Assembly: GCA_950097015.1 (NCBI GenBank)
Contig: CATNEN010000002.1
Coordinates: 7,936,001-8,000,000, forward strand
Reading direction: 5' to 3'
Source of the DNA: Macrostomum hystrix
Lineage: Eukaryota > Animalia > Platyhelminthes
DNA length: 64,000 nt
The notes beneath the pieces were generated by a model, which worked only from the letters and a program-made list of their open reading frames with translations, did no database searches and had not been told where the DNA came from. The translations under genes were made by a program, and so were the position numbers. This document shows, in pieces, positions 60,616 through 64,000 of this stretch. Each line of letters begins with the position of its first letter. Positions within the stretch are counted from its first letter, which is position 1.

Positions 60616-60963
60616 CCATTCTCCTCACACCTTTCACTGTGATTAAGTAAAGTTGAAGTTAAACATGATTGACCTTTTCCATTTTCTTTATTTAATTTTG
60701 CTTTTCCAGCAGTTGCGAGAGGCGAAGTTTCTCACCTCTTAGACACTTCAAACCGCAAGTGACGCAACTGGCAATACTCATGCGCAGGAAAAAATTGAGG
60801 GATGAGGTGTGAATGGGAAACATGTCAAGGAGATGGACCTTTATCTGCTCAAAAATGGAATTCTGAATGCGTAGCACCTGATTAATTTATATGCACCACT
60901 ATTTTAATAGTGTTACATGTACGTACTTTCATGCAAGCGACATTTTGCATTTTCGGATAACGA

Positions 60964-61165
60964 TCAAAGGCACGGGCACGTACGCTCGTAATAATGAGTA
61001 GGACACTCCCGAGCGTACAGCAGGGCAGAGACTCTTCCCAGACTAATACATCGCAGAAAGTCGAGGGGAAGACGCCGCCATGATACAGTGATGTGCTCCC
61101 GCTGTATGTTTTGCTTCAGGAAGTCGCACACATTTTTGATTGAATTCATGTCTGGGTTCATGTAT
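60964..61165 (-). pseudogene. Tc1-like transposase C-terminal relic
   Basis: NPDMNSIKNVCDFLKQ resembles the SPDLNPIENVW motif, followed by W..LP. Confidence 0.6.
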
Positions 61166-61599
61166 TCATGTATAAGAGAGAAACTTACGCCCTCGCTAGA
61201 GTGTCATTTGCAGTATGTATGAAACGACTAAGGTGAGTTCGAGTTGCTGAGTATAAATATTCACAATAAGACACCGGATCATGTGCACCGTGAGAGGCCG
61301 GTTGTTCTCTTTAAATGTCATTAGCCCTTACAGTTACAATTGAGTACAATTGGTTGTTACATCAAGCGTGTTTGGTCTGCAAAAGTCTGCATATCAGAGG
61401 TGAGACAAATTGCACTAAACTGGATAGATTTCAGCCGAATACCTAAAAAAGCGGCTAGGGAGCCGGTAGTCCACCAAAGAGCTGACTTACTGTACATGAT
61501 TTATCTGCATCCAGGCGCGTCCCACCTCAGCACCGGTAGTGAGGAAAAGGTTTTTCCATCTTGTGTCACTAAGGAAACTGGGGCAAGCCACAGATGTTG

Positions 61600-61900
61600 G
61601 GCTGCAATTCCAAGTCCAAGATCTTGCGTGAGGATCCGATGTATGCTTGATGAGGGAATGCCGGACAGCTCAGCCCATTTCTTCACATGTGCAGCGGCCA
61701 TCAATGTCCAGCTGACCTTTGATCAATTCGACATTTGAGTCTGAGCGCGCTTTCTTTGGTCTTTCAGAGCGCGGACCGTCTTCAATGTCAGAGCGCCCGT
61801 TCTTGAACCCGATTATGCTAGTCATACACGGCCCGCTGACTTATTGCATTCGGTCCAGGCGCCTGCAGCAACTGACGATGCACTTGTGCTGCTGATCACT
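61600..61900 (-). pseudogene. mariner-like transposase N-terminal (HTH) relic
   Basis: The minus strand reads AISQRAVYD*HNRFKNGRSDIEDGPRSERP and SGIPSSSIHRILTQDLG. Confidence 0.75.
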
Positions 61901-64000
61901 CCGCGAAAACACTCAGTTTTAATGTAAGCGCGCTGTTCCAAATTCGACATGATCTCCATTTTGGCTTATCCCGGTCGATTTATGATTTAACAGCTCACAA
62001 AAATGCTGCAGGGACAAAATTTTTTTAAGGCAACAAGTTCAAGTTTTACTCTGGGATCCGTTATGTATCTATCTATCTTGTACTCAAAGAACAATAATGC
62101 TGCAAGGTGCTGCAATATGGCTCAAACTAACACAATTGCTGAAACTTTTGGGATGACCCTCGGTCAAACCAAACTTACAGGTGCTATTTCATAGCTTTTG
62201 CCCAGCTTAAGTCCCTTGAGTCCCATCGTACATGTCGCTCTTACATGTATTTCGTACTTATCCTTCGAATTACTCCCAACACTGCAGTCGTTTAGTCTGC
62301 TAGTCACTCGACAAACCGAAGATGCATACGTATCTCGGAGACTCGGACACATGAATATCGGAAGCCACGAAGTCATATCGGAAGCCATGCAGCGAATAGT
62401 GCTGAGTTGATTGTGATGCAACCCTGCGTAAGGCTTGTGAACTAAGCTACAACCCGAGGTGCTGCGTAGCAGGGGATCAGGCCTCACCCTCCCAGAGGCA
62501 CCCGCACTAGATGAAATATGGTAGCTTGGGGCTGTGGTCCGAGGGCAAGGACCCACTGTTCTTATCCCAACTATGTCAGGGAATTTTGAAGGTAGGGACT
62601 AGTTACAGTAGTTCTGCCACCACCCCTTGGGAGGATAGACTCCGAAACTAACCTCTAACGAGGCAGGGGCCCCGGTGGCTTTGACAATGTTTAGGCCGAA
62701 GGAGAAACAATGTCTGCTTTAAGGGACTCTATGCTGGGCATCTGAAGGGTGTCCTGGACAGTGCTGAGAATGAGGACTTTCTCATAGGGGGACTTTTGAT
62801 CTGCACAAGGTCTAGATCCCTAGTTCTAACAATCTAACTGGTGCATTGAGATTGAGTAAGAGTTTAGAAATTAATGATTCTATTCCCGACTGGCAAGTGC
62901 TAAGTTGCAATCGATGACGGTGATGGATTGGCTTTCAATAGATTCAGGCGCTGTGCACGGCTTTTATGATATATGAATTACATTATAAGTACTGTATTTG
63001 TATTAATCACAAATTAAATATTCACTTCTTCATGATTGGCCAACGGCTTCGGTCTCAGCTCCCTGCAGCCTGAGCTGTCTACTCCCTAGCCTGCATGCTA
63101 AAGAAATAGAAAGCTAAAGCAATTGACAAAGATTTGGCTAATGATTCTCAACTCAGCTGCGGATCCCTACTTGAGGCGCAAATGATAATTTATTGAGCAG
63201 ATTAACACATGCAAAACCCAATGCGGTCAGCAACAGAAAATTAAGTCTACCCTGAGAGTGATTCTCCAATAGCGGCGGCAAGGCTGATGAGGCTGGCAGA
63301 GGTCAAGGCGCGGCCTCAATGTTGCTCACGCTGGAGGTCTCGCTGACACAAGGGGAACCGGCTTCGGAATTTGGGATAACGTGAATCCGGCTAGCCGAAG
63401 GTCTGACTCCCTTCGGGGATAGGAGATAGGACGAACGGGGATCGAGGATGTTCCCCGACAAACGGTTCCGAGCCACCGGAAACGAGAGGTAGGGGATCCC
63501 CTTCGAGCATATCAAACAGTTCTTACAGGCGATTTATAAAGCCTAACCTAACCCTAACCCTTACCTGGCCCTGGCCACTCCAATGCCCCGATAGCGTCGG
63601 TGTGGATCAACCGCTGAATAAATGAATTTTAATATTTAACGCATAATCGAGGGTTACAAAATGCACAAGATTCGATTCGTAAGCTGGAAAATGCCAGGTG
63701 TCGATCTTTAATGTCATTATAATGCTATATAAAGTATATTTGCTGAAATTGCTAAAAACGCAAGCATGGCAACAAAAACTCTGCTCTTAAGTCTGAGGGG
63801 GTTGTTGTAGACTTTAGCTAAAAAGTTTGTGAGAGGTGTTTTACATTTTTGCAATGAAAACACTAGGAAATGCATAGTAGCTATATACGGTGCAGATCAG
63901 AACACTAGCTTTCAGTCAGTCTTTCTTTACATTCAGGCGATTGGTTCTTAAATGCGCTAGATCTAAAACAGCATTTCTTAGCATACATAATAGAAACCCG

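Noticed and set aside
2979-60650. Repetitive ORFs such as STLSTL, PATVPA, CHNGCQ, RFASRFAS and SPFRLSLTL
   Set aside because: They are translations of minisatellites whose units lack stop codons.
62380-63520. GC-richer structured-looking tracts as ncRNA or ribozyme (e.g. CTGATGA at about 63285)
   Set aside because: I could not complete a hammerhead core or any RNA family motif by eye; an Rfam/Infernal search would be needed.
63540-63565. CCTAACCTAACCCTAACC as a telomeric or Helitron-associated signal
   Set aside because: Too short and irregular, with no supporting hairpin or termini identified.

Overview
Eukaryotic (metazoan) genomic DNA with short spliceosomal introns, GC-rich coding sequence full of poly-Q/poly-G, and dense minisatellites. 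The style resembles a free-living flatworm such as Macrostomum, but that is inference only. Left to right: (1) 80-10963, the last 18 traceable exons of an apparently intact TRPM2-like channel with a C-terminal NUDT9-homology domain; (2) a Crypton-type tyrosine recombinase fragment near 12 kb; (3) a dispersed cluster (14.6-35.3 kb) of about 6 paralogues encoding secreted PAN/Apple-like + LamG-like proteins, which share a near-identical ~450-bp segment joined to highly divergent C-terminal halves; (4) a young, intact, extremely compact Ty3/Gypsy element nested in a dead LINE; (5) a 910-bp mini-Polinton with AGTAGT TIRs and a 6-bp TSD that carries a PC4-like ssDNA-binding ORF missing from the ORF track; (6) a decayed Polinton/adintovirus-like endogenous virus (penton, major capsid, ATPase, protease, pPolB; no integrase seen) hit by a LINE; (7) a spliced KDZ-family transposase facing away from an unknown spliced gene, with an RTE-like LINE between them; (8) Tc1/mariner relics. 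tRNA-derived SINEs and a hAT MITE are interspersed. All family assignments come from motif recognition by eye; no database searches were run.
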